A DNA stretch of 64,000 nt, taken from the NCBI GenBank assembly GCA_963786955.1, contig CAWBAT010000006.1, positions 1,059,295 to 1,123,294 of the forward strand, read 5' to 3'. Shown piece by piece: positions 18,973 to 31,391 of this stretch. The position numbers and the translations under genes are program-made. The notes below the pieces were generated by a model, which saw nothing but the letters and a program-made list of their open reading frames with translations, was not told where the DNA came from and searched no databases. The stretch's first letter is position 1, and each line of letters begins with the position of its first letter. This DNA is from an uncultured Acidimicrobiia bacterium (GTDB taxonomy: Bacteria; Acidobacteriota; Terriglobia; Versatilivoradales; Versatilivoraceae).

Positions 18973-20454
18973 CTAATCAACTTTCAGCAACGAGAAAACT
19001 GACGCTTGCCAGGGAGTGGCGTCCAGATAGAGTCCGCCTGATTGTAAATCGCTCCCCTCCCGATCGTAAATTGCCTGGCCCATTTGATCCTGGAGCCGCC
19101 ACTGACTACCCGCAAGGTCTGTAAATGGCAGCTGAACGTAGCATTGGCTCTGGTTTGGAGCATAGTTCACAGTCACCAGCAACCGCATTCCATGGGGGTC
19201 TTGCCATGCAAACACCAGGAAACAATCCCAAGTCGGATTCCCCTCCCAGGCAGGCCTGCACTCTAGTAATTGCCATTGGCCCTCGCGCACAATCCGTTGG
19301 CGTAGCACGTTAAGCACCCGATCATAAAACTGTTCTAACTTCTGATCAGGAGATTCATCCGGCCCACGACCGAGATGAGGAGAGATTCTTTTCTTTCGCC
19401 CCTGGAATTGTCCCTGATGAAAGAAACGCAGCCCCGGAGCCAGAAAGGTGATGACGGCGGCAGCCTCATGCATCCCAGGAGGAAAGGTCGCGGCAGTTCT
19501 GGGTTCGTCGTGGTTTTCCAGAAATCGGGCCAATTTGTTCTGGTATTCGAGCTCGGCCGAAAGGTGCTCGCGCACGGGACGCGCGTGTCCCTCGCGCAAT
19601 CGATCGTAGAGCCGCTTATCGTAAGCGTAGTCAAAACCTTGTTGTTGCATGGTCCATTCCATATCCCAATAGACTTCGGCCATGAAGCAGAAATCCGGGA
19701 ACTGCTCCCGAACGGATTGCGTCGCATTCGGCCAGAAGGGCTGAGCCCATGTGTTCCAGGTCCGTTTGAAAACGTCCGGCAACACGAGCATGGCCATGTC
19801 GCAGCGCACGCCGTCACATTGACCGGCAATCTTCATCAGTTCTCCCATCATGGCCTCTTGCGTTTTGGGGTTACCATAGTTGAGCTGAAGCGTATCGGGC
19901 CAACCGGAAAAGTAAGGATCCCGACCATAAGCCAGAATGAGGCTGCCCCGCTTTTGCTGGATCCGGATGTAGTTTTGGGGCGATCTTACCAAATCACCTT
20001 CGCTCCCGGGGATGTAGTACTCCGGGTGATCTTCCACCCAAGGGTGATCCAGGCCAGTATGGTTGGGGACAAAGTCAAGCATCAGCCGCAATCCATATTT
20101 ACGAAGGCGGCCGCGGAGCCGGACCAGGGCAGGATCTCCGCCCAGGTCGGGGTGGACCGTGTAACCGGTGATCGCAAACCCGGAACCCGAGATGTCTTCT
20201 TCGCGCAAATCCGGCAGTGTCTCTTTAAATTCCTGGCGCCAATCCGCATGGGTCCGGGAAATTCGCTGCCCTGCCAAGCCGGTCTGCCAGACGCTCAGAA
20301 ACCAGACCCAGTCAAACCCCAGCTCGGCCAGGCGCTCCAGTTCAGCATCCGGAATATCATCCAGCGTTACCGGCCGGCGCAAGTTATGAGACAGCTCCGT
20401 CAGCCAGACACGCGTGTTTATTTGGTAGAGCGAAGGATAGAGTGGTTCACGCAT
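18973..20454 (-). CDS. Alpha-amylase family (GH13) glycoside hydrolase
   Basis: Catalytic motifs LMLDFVPNH, DGVRCDMAML, AEVYW and FLENHDEPR. Confidence 0.9.
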   Translation of the reverse strand: MREPLYPSLYQINTRVWLTELSHNLRRPVTLDDIPDAELERLAELGFDWVWFLSVWQTGLAGQRISRTHADWRQEFKETLPDLREEDISGSGFAITGYTVHPDLGGDPALVRLRGRLRKYGLRLMLDFVPNHTGLDHPWVEDHPEYYIPGSEGDLVRSPQNYIRIQQKRGSLILAYGRDPYFSGWPDTLQLNYGNPKTQEAMMGELMKIAGQCDGVRCDMAMLVLPDVFKRTWNTWAQPFWPNATQSVREQFPDFCFMAEVYWDMEWTMQQQGFDYAYDKRLYDRLREGHARPVREHLSAELEYQNKLARFLENHDEPRTAATFPPGMHEAAAVITFLAPGLRFFHQGQFQGRKKRISPHLGRGPDESPDQKLEQFYDRVLNVLRQRIVREGQWQLLECRPAWEGNPTWDCFLVFAWQDPHGMRLLVTVNYAPNQSQCYVQLPFTDLAGSQWRLQDQMGQAIYDREGSDLQSGGLYLDATPWQASVFSLLKVD

Positions 20455-20455
20455 G

Positions 20456-23227
<2,772 letters not shown>

Positions 23228-23397
23228 AAATGTAACTTCCTCTGGTCTTGATGGATAGCCAGGCAAGATCTAAATAAGTGACTTTATGTTGCTGGTTATC
23301 ATCTTCCCAACAGATTCCTCTCCAGTCAAGGCCACACGCCATAATATGAATGGATGCTTTATTCACCTACCCACTCTGGAGCATGCGCTTTCTTTAC

Positions 23398-23564
23398 TCC
23401 CCTGAAGTCCCCCCTTGTGCAAGGGAAGGTGTGAAAGAATTGCGCCGGGGCGGGGGACCCGGCCTACAAACCGGCGGCAAGCTCTTTGAAATCATTGTAG
23501 GCCGCGTGACCCCACGCGGCGTTTTCCAATTCTTTCGCAGCTTCAGGGGGACTTCAGAGGGGGG
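23398..23564. mobile_element. 120-bp MITE (23425-23544) nested in a CCCCCC/GGGGGG hairpin repeat
   Basis: 17-bp TIRs GAAGGTGTGAAAGAATT / AATTCTTTCGCAGCTTC split the hairpin that is intact at 54577-54617. The cargo is a GTAG-REP pair. Confidence 0.7.
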
Positions 23565-23600
23565 CATCAATTCGGCCGGTTTCCTAAGCAGTCTTCACTG

Positions 23601-24833
23601 CTACGCGGTTCTGTTTCCTTGATGCTCCGGCGCATGGGCGTCTAAAACCGCGATCTTCGCTTCGTACAGCTTGATGCCCGGAATGGCGCTCAACCCATGG
23701 GCAAAGATGCTAAGCAAAACTGTCACCGTCACTGTGAGCTTGATGGTGGCCTCCCCGGGCAGATGTGCTTCGCTTTCCAGGTAAACCATCGTAAGAACAA
23801 TCGAAGCCAGACCGCGCGGTCCGAACCATCCCATAAAGATCACACTGGCCTTGCTCAGACGGGTACCGATCAGCGCAAGCGCTACCGGCAGCATCCGCGC
23901 CACCGTTAGGCTGAAAACGGCATACACTAGCATGGCGGCGGAGAAGAGTTGCGCTGATCGTACAACTAGCAGGCCAAATAGAAAAAAAACGAACAGGTTG
24001 AGTAGTTGACCCCATTCTTCTGTGAACTCGAGGCTGTGTTTCCCAGCTTCCTTAAACCGCACCTGCACCGCCAAGCCAGCCACGAATGCCGCAATGAACA
24101 TGCTTGCGCTGGCGGCCTCAGAAGCCAGCGCACAGAGCAGCGGCAACGTTACGACCCCGATTTGAAGGAAGGAGTCCGCCATGGATTTCTTGCGGTTTGC
24201 AAAGCCCAAGAGCCACCCTCCCATCAGGCCAATTCCCAATCCGATGACTGCTCCGAAACCAAGCTGCTCCAGGATGTACGGCGCCAAATGCGCGTCGCGG
24301 CCTGGTACGCTGGTTGCGGCCAGGGCGATGAAGAACATCATAAAAGGGACTGATAGCCCGTCATTGAGCCCTGCTTCTACGTTGAGAGCCTGGCGAATCC
24401 GCATCGGCACACGCGGACTGGACACAATGATCTGTCCAAGCCCGGCATCGGTCGGGGCAAGAATGGCGGCCAGAATACCGGCTTCCCAAAGTGAAAGTTG
24501 GCGAAAGCAGACCAGCGCCCCGAGGGCCCCAAACAGGATCGTGAGCAACATCCCGATGCTCAGCAGGCGGGCGGGGAGGTTGCGAATGCTCTTTAGCACC
24601 CGGAGATCGGTGCGGCTGGCGTCGGTGAAGAGCAGCAACACCAAGCCTGCCTCAGCGATCCGGAGAAAGACTTGGAGACTGCCTTTTTGCTCCCGGAGTT
24701 CAGGCAGCAGGAACACAACACACATCCCCGCGGCCGTGAACACGATCGGGGCCGTCAAAACTGTTCGATCCAGTCGTCCGGAAACCAGGCTGTAGATGAA
24801 GATCAGTCCGATGAAAATGGCAATGAAGGACAT
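23601..24833 (-). CDS. Cation:proton antiporter (CPA1/NhaP-like)
   Basis: LAPTDAGLG, VEAGLNDG and WFGPRGLAS, with many TM helices. GGAGG RBS before ATG 24833. Confidence 0.9.
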   Translation of the reverse strand: MSFIAIFIGLIFIYSLVSGRLDRTVLTAPIVFTAAGMCVVFLLPELREQKGSLQVFLRIAEAGLVLLLFTDASRTDLRVLKSIRNLPARLLSIGMLLTILFGALGALVCFRQLSLWEAGILAAILAPTDAGLGQIIVSSPRVPMRIRQALNVEAGLNDGLSVPFMMFFIALAATSVPGRDAHLAPYILEQLGFGAVIGLGIGLMGGWLLGFANRKKSMADSFLQIGVVTLPLLCALASEAASASMFIAAFVAGLAVQVRFKEAGKHSLEFTEEWGQLLNLFVFFLFGLLVVRSAQLFSAAMLVYAVFSLTVARMLPVALALIGTRLSKASVIFMGWFGPRGLASIVLTMVYLESEAHLPGEATIKLTVTVTVLLSIFAHGLSAIPGIKLYEAKIAVLDAHAPEHQGNRTA

Positions 24834-24871
24834 CGATAACACCTCCCGCCCAGGTCAAGGCCGCTCAGAAC

Positions 24872-25414
24872 CTATGATTTGGCTGCTCCTTCTAATTTCC
24901 CGGCATGCGACATCGGCCAGATCCTGGCCATGAGTATGCTCACCAGTAGTCCCATCACACAGCCCAGGATGACTTCTGCCACTTTATGCAAGCCATGTTC
25001 GATACCAGTCAATTTCGATTGATGAACCAAGCCGGAGGCGATGACGATCGCAGCGGTGATTGGCGCTTGCCGCCACATCGCCTGAACACGGACCACATAG
25101 GATGACAGAAGCACACTTACCGACAAAGCGAGAGGGAGAGTCCATTCGCGCGGACCGCCGACAATGATGAAAAGTAGTCCAACAGCGCAACCGACAAGGG
25201 CATTGACGATCCGTCCGCGGAACATGACGTACGCTTGTTCGACTTTCGGATCGCTGGCAGCGATCATCGAAGCAATAGCCCAGATCGGGTTACTGTCTGA
25301 AAATGACCGCAACAGATGCCAGAGGATCGTGCTCGCAATGAACACATTCAAGGCAAAACGAACGCCAAGTAGATCACCGCGAAAACGCTCCAGAATCTTC
25401 ATAGGCCATCCCAT
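24872..25414 (-). CDS. FUSC/aromatic acid exporter-like membrane protein
   Basis: PIWAIASMIA...RIVNALVGCAVG...EVILGC pattern, with hydrophobic helices. Confidence 0.7.
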   Translation of the reverse strand: MGWPMKILERFRGDLLGVRFALNVFIASTILWHLLRSFSDSNPIWAIASMIAASDPKVEQAYVMFRGRIVNALVGCAVGLLFIIVGGPREWTLPLALSVSVLLSSYVVRVQAMWRQAPITAAIVIASGLVHQSKLTGIEHGLHKVAEVILGCVMGLLVSILMARIWPMSHAGKLEGAAKS

Positions 25415-25445
25415 CAACTTGGTCTTCCTTCTCTCTGAGAAAGTC

Positions 25446-26364
25446 CTATTCGTGGCCTTGAGGGGGATTGCCTCTGAGACGGTAGACGATACCCGTCTTG
25501 GTTGCTCCGAGTGAGATCCAGTCCTGAACTGCGCGTTGCAGCGTAATGTAAAATTGTTCGCATCGATCCTTAGTCTTCTGGTGGATTTCTTCTCTTTTAT
25601 CGAACTGGCACTGGTAGGCAAATTCTCCTACCAGGGGCGTGTGTTCGCCGCGGGTACGCCACAGCGCAACATTGCACTTCCCCACAATCCCTTTGCCAAA
25701 ATCCAGTTCCCCGAGCTCTAGGAGAACCTCCTCAACGATAGCTTCGTTTACCAGGCTGACTTTTTCATCATCGGATTTCTTCAAATAGGCCAGCGCGGGA
25801 AAAACGTGGCCCAGCGTGGACATCGAGTCTTTATCCGCATCGTGCATCTGGCTTAAGCCAAACACGCAGTTATGCGAGTACAAGATTCGATAACCTCCGA
25901 TTTCATCTTTTAGCGGCAAGGCCTCGGCTTTATATTTGATCCGATACTTCCCGGAGATGTTCGGCCGTACGTCCAGCTCCGCAGCCTTTTTCTCATCCGG
26001 ATGGCGAAACTTAAAGACAATTTCCGGGATCGCCCACGGGAAACCCATCCACATACATAATGCGCCGACGCAGGATGAAAGCATTGTTATAGAGGCGGAA
26101 GTCCGGGGTGTCCAAAAAAACGATTTCCCGGATGTCCGGCCGCAGGCCAACCCCGGGATCCGCAATAAATCCGACCTTATTGTCTTCAGCCGTGTGGCGC
26201 ACGATTTTGCCGAAGTCTCGAAAGCTCTCGACCGAAGTGAAACGATCGGGTTTCAAAATGAGCTTGGCCTCAAGATAATGAATTTGATCCAGTGGATGAC
26301 CGTCGCTGTAATGTGCCTGGGTGAGATCAGGAGCAGAGCTGGGTCGCGGAGCTTCATCTAACAT
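25446..26364 (-). CDS. Hypothetical protein with a CYTH/triphosphate-tunnel-like signature, one frameshift near 26020-26040
   Basis: ORFs 26011-26364 and 25446-26165 join at GFPVGD-PEIVFKFRHP. Motifs YLEAKLIL and FLDTPDFRLYNNAFILRRR. Confidence 0.6.
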
Positions 26365-26453
26365 TATGGTTTCTCCTTATTACTTCGCAGAAATAATGGC
26401 TGGGGATTCTTGAAATCGATTACGGACAACTGCAACTCAGTACTTACCCGTCT

Positions 26454-27218
26454 TCATTTTCCAATAAGATGCACAGCCTTTTCGAGCGGGGCACTGGAAA
26501 TCTTGATGAAACCTTTAACCGGTTGGTTCAATTCCTGGATCAAAAAGATTGAGCCAGCTATCGATATCGCGCAAATGAACAAAGCCGTGATAGCCGTTCC
26601 ATTGCGAGGAGCAAAGAGGCCAAAGCTGACATAGAGGACAGTGAGCCAGAAAATCAGGATTGCGATCAAAGCGGTTGGGAGCGTACCCTGCGTCTCCTCA
26701 ATCAGTAGCCAACGTGTTTGCTGCAAATCACTACTGATCTCTAGGGCTTGTGACTGAATCGACCTCTGCAACTCGTTCTGCGGAGCGAGTTCACGGATCC
26801 TCGTATGAACAGACTCAATTTCGGTACTGCCTACTGCGGAGCCGAAGTCATCCGTCCTTTTCTTTTCCTCGGGCCAGACGCGCTCAATTAAGTCGGAGAC
26901 GTTATGACGCAGCAGATTGCGAACCTCTTTCGTCTCGGTTCCATAGCGGGCCAAGATGCGGTCAAGCATGATGATTTTCGCTCCGACCTGGGTTATCCCA
27001 GAATTCATTGTATCAAATGAACTCTTTGCCGAGCTAATCAGCAGGCCGAGGACAAGAGCAGCCAGCGTAGCAATCATTGCTGCTGCTGTCTTAACGACAT
27101 CTTTCGAATCATCGCGCAGATGATGTTCGGGAAGAAAGGCACGAAGGATCGCGCCCAAAAGGATGCCCCCCGAGAGACACGCCAGAGAAATTAAAGTAAT
27201 GGTCAACGAACTATGCAT
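26454..27218 (-). CDS. DUF4239/bestrophin-like membrane protein
   Basis: IATLAALVLGLLISSAKSSFD, LDRILARYG, SFGLFAP and ELNQPVKG. Confidence 0.7.
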   Translation of the reverse strand: MHSSLTITLISLACLSGGILLGAILRAFLPEHHLRDDSKDVVKTAAAMIATLAALVLGLLISSAKSSFDTMNSGITQVGAKIIMLDRILARYGTETKEVRNLLRHNVSDLIERVWPEEKKRTDDFGSAVGSTEIESVHTRIRELAPQNELQRSIQSQALEISSDLQQTRWLLIEETQGTLPTALIAILIFWLTVLYVSFGLFAPRNGTAITALFICAISIAGSIFLIQELNQPVKGFIKISSAPLEKAVHLIGK

Positions 27219-27254
27219 TCACACCTCCAAAGACAATTAGGCTGCTGGCACAAT

Positions 27255-27944
27255 TTAAACAACAGGGGATGCCGCTCGGTCCGCAATTATGATAGCTTGG
27301 TCCTGAAGCACTCGCCCAGCTGGAATCGACTCATCGCCATCACGCAGGCGCACCAGCATTCCAGCCTTTTCACTTCCGGTCACGAGCCAAAGGATGTGCC
27401 GGGAACGATTCAATACGGGATAGGTCAAGGTCATGCGACGCCTCCCCTGGTAGAGCGCGGTCTGCGCGACATCGACGTCAGTGATTTTAAGGACCGGATC
27501 TCCCGGTACCAGCGAAGCGGTATGGCCGTCAGGGCCAAGACCGAGGTGGCAAAGATCGAGCACCGGCGGCGAGCCCGCAACCTCCCGAAGAGTTTGAGCA
27601 TAGCGCGTGGCCGCGGCCTCAAGGTCGGGCATTTCTACCGGCATGGCATAGATTTGTTCTGGACGCAAAGGGGCGTGGCCTAGCAAGCTTTCCCGCAAAT
27701 GAGTCAGATTTCGGTCCGGGTCTCCGGCTGGGGCGACTCGCTCGTCTACTTGCACGACATGCACGGCTTTCCATGGGACCTCTTCGCCTGCCAAGGCACG
27801 CAGCATCTGCCAAGGCGTTTGTCCGCCGCTGACGGCCATCACGAATCGGCCGCGCGCAGCTACAGCCGCTCGCGCCTCCTCAGCGATCAGCGAAGCAGCC
27901 CTAAGTGCAACCGAATTGGCATCAGCCAGAACTTCAATTTTCAT
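27255..27944 (-). CDS. pgl: 6-phosphogluconolactonase
   Basis: AVSGGQTP, VDERV, LGLGPDGHTASL and RMTLTYPVLN. Confidence 0.93.
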   Translation of the reverse strand: MKIEVLADANSVALRAASLIAEEARAAVAARGRFVMAVSGGQTPWQMLRALAGEEVPWKAVHVVQVDERVAPAGDPDRNLTHLRESLLGHAPLRPEQIYAMPVEMPDLEAAATRYAQTLREVAGSPPVLDLCHLGLGPDGHTASLVPGDPVLKITDVDVAQTALYQGRRRMTLTYPVLNRSRHILWLVTGSEKAGMLVRLRDGDESIPAGRVLQDQAIIIADRAASPVV

Positions 27945-28095
27945 GAATTTGTTTCCAACGATTTAAATCGCCCCAAGAGGGAACTAGGCACAATTCTCTT
28001 CCGGAGGAGGGGTGGGTTCATTGCCGACAAAAAGCGGGCAGGATGCCCGCGCTCCCAGCAGGAATCTTCCCTACACTTGAGGGGATTAATTTCCA

Positions 28096-28282
28096 TTCCC
28101 CTCCTTGATAAGGAGGGGGCAGGGGGTGGTCGTTCTGGTAGGTCACGCACGCCGTGCGCGCCGCCATGCCCAAACTGGAGTCGGCGGTCTCAGCGAGACC
28201 GCCCTACCTTTCCCCCTGGAGTCCCCCCTAACCAAGGGGGACACTCGCGGAGAGACACTAAAACAAATTCTTTCACACCTTG
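28096..28282. repeat. Composite REP element, inverted homolog of 60621-60808
   Basis: About 155 bp align by eye with the reverse complement of 60621-60782. It ends with the terminus AATTCTTTCACACCTT. Confidence 0.8.
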
Positions 28283-28343
28283 AGGGGTGCAGGGGGGGAT
28301 TTTAGGCTCACAGAGTATGCTCGCGACACGCCACCTCATGAGC

Positions 28344-29177
28344 TCACTTGACATTAAAAGTGATACCAATTACCAATCCGGTCTGGGCGACGTCTGCCAC
28401 CGCAGTCTTGCCGGGCCGATAATCGAGATCCAGATAACGCCAGCCCGCCTGCAACATACATTTTTTCAACTTATAGCCGAGCAAACCGGCGACCTGATAA
28501 TCCAACTTCGCGCCTCCGGTACCGGCATCCCCCAAGATCGTTACCACAGCCTTCGATGAGAGCGGAAATTGTATTTGCGCTCCGGCGACACCATCGACCC
28601 AGTTCGCTGAATCGGATAGATCCCTTCCAAACGTGGAAGGAGTTAGACTCAAATTCGTTCCTATATGCCAATAGCGGATGCCGACCAACGCGTCGACCTT
28701 AAGCTTTTCTTCATCCACGACTCGAAAGCCAAGTTTTTGGGTCAAAAATGTTTCAGTCAACTTGGCTTCCGCAGAAACTGCAGGGTCGAAAGGAATGGCT
28801 TTATCGTCCTTAAGCCTGGCCCAAAAAATATCAAGCGGCATCACGATGCGGTCATGGCGAATATCAAAGTACCCCATCAGTCCAAAATTGAAATGAGAGA
28901 GGACATCGGCGGCACTGGCATGCACACTGGCATAGTGACCGAGCGCACCAACAGTACCATGCATACCGGGAAACCATAGATATGGAGTAATTGCGAGATG
29001 CCAGCCCTCTTCGGCATTCGCGGTGCTTCCGGTTGCGGGACTAGAAGCCTGTTTCTTTTGGGCCTTTTCGCCTGCTTTTGTGGAATCCTCCTCCGCAAGC
29101 GCTGAAAAGCAGAACACTGAATTCAACAGCAGAAATAAAGCAATTACGAAAAAACCTCTCTGACACAACCTCATCAC
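28344..29177 (-). CDS. Hypothetical outer-membrane beta-barrel protein
   Basis: Signal peptide, ITPYLW, alternating hydrophobic strands, GWRYLDLDY and C-terminal GITF. Confidence 0.7.
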   Translation of the reverse strand: MMRLCQRGFFVIALFLLLNSVFCFSALAEEDSTKAGEKAQKKQASSPATGSTANAEEGWHLAITPYLWFPGMHGTVGALGHYASVHASAADVLSHFNFGLMGYFDIRHDRIVMPLDIFWARLKDDKAIPFDPAVSAEAKLTETFLTQKLGFRVVDEEKLKVDALVGIRYWHIGTNLSLTPSTFGRDLSDSANWVDGVAGAQIQFPLSSKAVVTILGDAGTGGAKLDYQVAGLLGYKLKKCMLQAGWRYLDLDYRPGKTAVADVAQTGLVIGITFNVK

Positions 29178-29384
29178 TGCCTCCTTAAGATTTTATGTGG
29201 AATTTTTTCCATCATTGCGGATACCAACGGTGCTAATTCTTTAATGTAACATATCAACTTCCCTCTTCTCTATCACCTACATCTCGATCACCTGAGCCAA
29301 ATTCAACTTGCCCCTAGCGGACACGAATCACGCTGGCACCGCCGGATCCTGCCGGCCTCCAGGGGGAGAAACATTTTGTCCCCC

Positions 29385-29515
29385 TTCAGCCGCGCGCCCC
29401 AATTGGGATCATCCGCAAAGAGCTGCCTCAGATGCAATTCCCGCACTTGCGAGTAGTGCTCTTCGAGGGCCTTCCAGGCCGGGCGTTTCTGGATGGTTGC
29501 GATGCCTGCTGAAAT
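29385..29515 (-). pseudogene. pgi: N-terminal remnant of glucose-6-phosphate isomerase
   Basis: Translates ISAGIATIQKRPAWKALEEHYSQVRELHLRQLFADDPNWGARL, like the Pgi N-terminus. An AGGA RBS precedes an ATT, and the remnant lies downstream of tal. Confidence 0.7.
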
Positions 29516-29767
29516 GTATGTCCTACTGATTCTTGCGGCTGTAATAAAAGCAGAATTTCATGGCCCCAAAAACGCACAAGAAACGCCAAAATGAGCGCTA
29601 TGCCTAATCTGCAAGAACCACCTTCAAAGTAAAACTTGTTCCTTGTGATCACGCCACAAACCTGCAAAATCGGTTCCATGATTAGGTTTCTATTCTCTTG
29701 CGGTTGTATCCCTGTACAAGCAAGTCCCTTAGAGGAAGGCTTTGGCATCGCCCTGCTGTGCGCCTGT

Positions 29768-30854
29768 CTAGCCGGCCTTTCCTAGTACCGCACTCTTGGA
29801 GGCGATCACCGACATCAGTTCGTTCCAGGAATTGACGAAAGATTTCGCTCCTTCCTCTTGTAATTGGGCTGCTAAAGCATCCACATCAATGCCCGATTTA
29901 GCAAACTGACTCAATGTCTCTTCACCATTGCCACCGTCCGCAGCCATGATGTCGCTGAGTTCGCCATGATCGTCAAGAGCTTTCAAGGTTCCTTCGGGCA
30001 TCGTGTTCACCGTAAACGGAGCAGCGAGAGCCTTCACGTACAAGAGCAGGGGATGCTTGGGGGTCCTTGGTCCCTGTGCTCGCCCACAGGAGGCGTTGCG
30101 GACGGGCGCCGGCGTTGTAAGCACGCTGCCAGCGTGGCGAGCCGAGCAATTCACGGCAGGCCTTATAGGTGCGCTGCGCGATGGCGATGCCGAGCCGATT
30201 TTTCAACGTTGCAGGCACTTTAGCCGCGACGGCGGCGTCCCATCGGCTGATAAAAACCGAGGCTACCGAGCCGACATTAGGATTGAGCCCAGCCGCAATG
30301 CGCCGTTCGATGCCGCGTAGGAAGGCTTCGGCAGCAGCCAGGTAATGCTCTCTCGAGAACAAGAGGGTCACGTTGATAGGGACGCCTGAAAAAATGGCTT
30401 CTTCGATGGCGGGCAGCCCCTCTTTCGTTCCCGGAATTTTGATGAAGAGGTTGGGCCGCCCGGCTCTGGCGTGCAGGTCTTTGGCCGCAGCAAGCGTACT
30501 GGCTGTGTCGTAGGCAAGCAAAGGCGAGACTTCCAGAGAAGTCCATCCATCAACCGTATTTGTCTTATCATGGATGGGACGGAACAAGTCGGCGGCACGG
30601 GTAATGTCCTCCAGTGCCAGGTCAAAAAAAAGCGCTTCACCCGATTTACCTTTATCCAGATCCTGGCGGATCGCAGCGTCATAAGCGGTGCTATTTTTGA
30701 TCGCCTGATCAAATATCGTCGGGTTCGACGTGAGCCCTGTAACGGACAGCTCGTCGATATAACGCTTGAGCGTGCCACTATTCAACAAGTCGCGTGTAAT
30801 GTTATCGAGCCAGATACTCTGGCCTAGATCGTGAAGCAGTTGGGTTGCTTTCAT
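29768..30854 (-). CDS. tal: Transaldolase, one frameshift near 30055-30065
   Basis: GQSIWLDNI, GLTSNPTIF, IKIPGT, NVTLLFS and QRLLWASTGTKDP, then TVNTMPEGTL in the second frame. Confidence 0.92.
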
Positions 30855-31228
30855 CTCTTGAACTCCTTATCAATGAAATTGGAACAGCCCACTCCAGTCG
30901 GGAAGTCGTACTAATAGAACCTAATAGGTTCGACGGTTACATCCGCCGCGAATACGAGGCAAAACTTTGGATCATGGCAATCTTCGCATAATATGGTATA
31001 AAACGCGGCCCAAGCGATTTGCCCGCAGCCAGGATGCGCACTTATCCGATCAGCCGAAACGATTGGGCTGGGTCATGTCATGTTACAAACTATGGAGTCC
31101 TTAAAACCCTTAAAATGCTTCATTTTAAAACCTAATAATCGCATACTTAGGCAGAAGCTTCCCTAAAGAGATTTGCAATGCTATCTTGCGAACTGCTGCT
31201 CCATTTTTTACAAAAGAAGAATTTCTGG

Positions 31229-31391
31229 GGCCGCAAAAAGACACAAGAAACGCAAAATGAGAGTAATAACCAATCCGGCAAAACAACTCTTAAAGCAAAA
31301 ATGCTATCTTTCTAATCGCGCTACAAACATGCAAAAGCAGATCCTTGATTTGGCCCTTATTCTTTTGCGACTTTTGCGCTTTTTTGCGGCT
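31229..31391. repeat. Period-9 inverted-repeat element
   Basis: GGCCGCAAAAAGACACAAGAAACGCAAAA ... TTTTGCGACTTTTGCGCTTTTTTGCGGC around an AT-rich core. Relatives at 29562-29705 and 33953-34032. Confidence 0.75.

Noticed and set aside
27699-28283. ORF sharing peptide similarity with ORF 60503-60802
   Set aside because: The similarity comes from the shared non-coding composite repeat.
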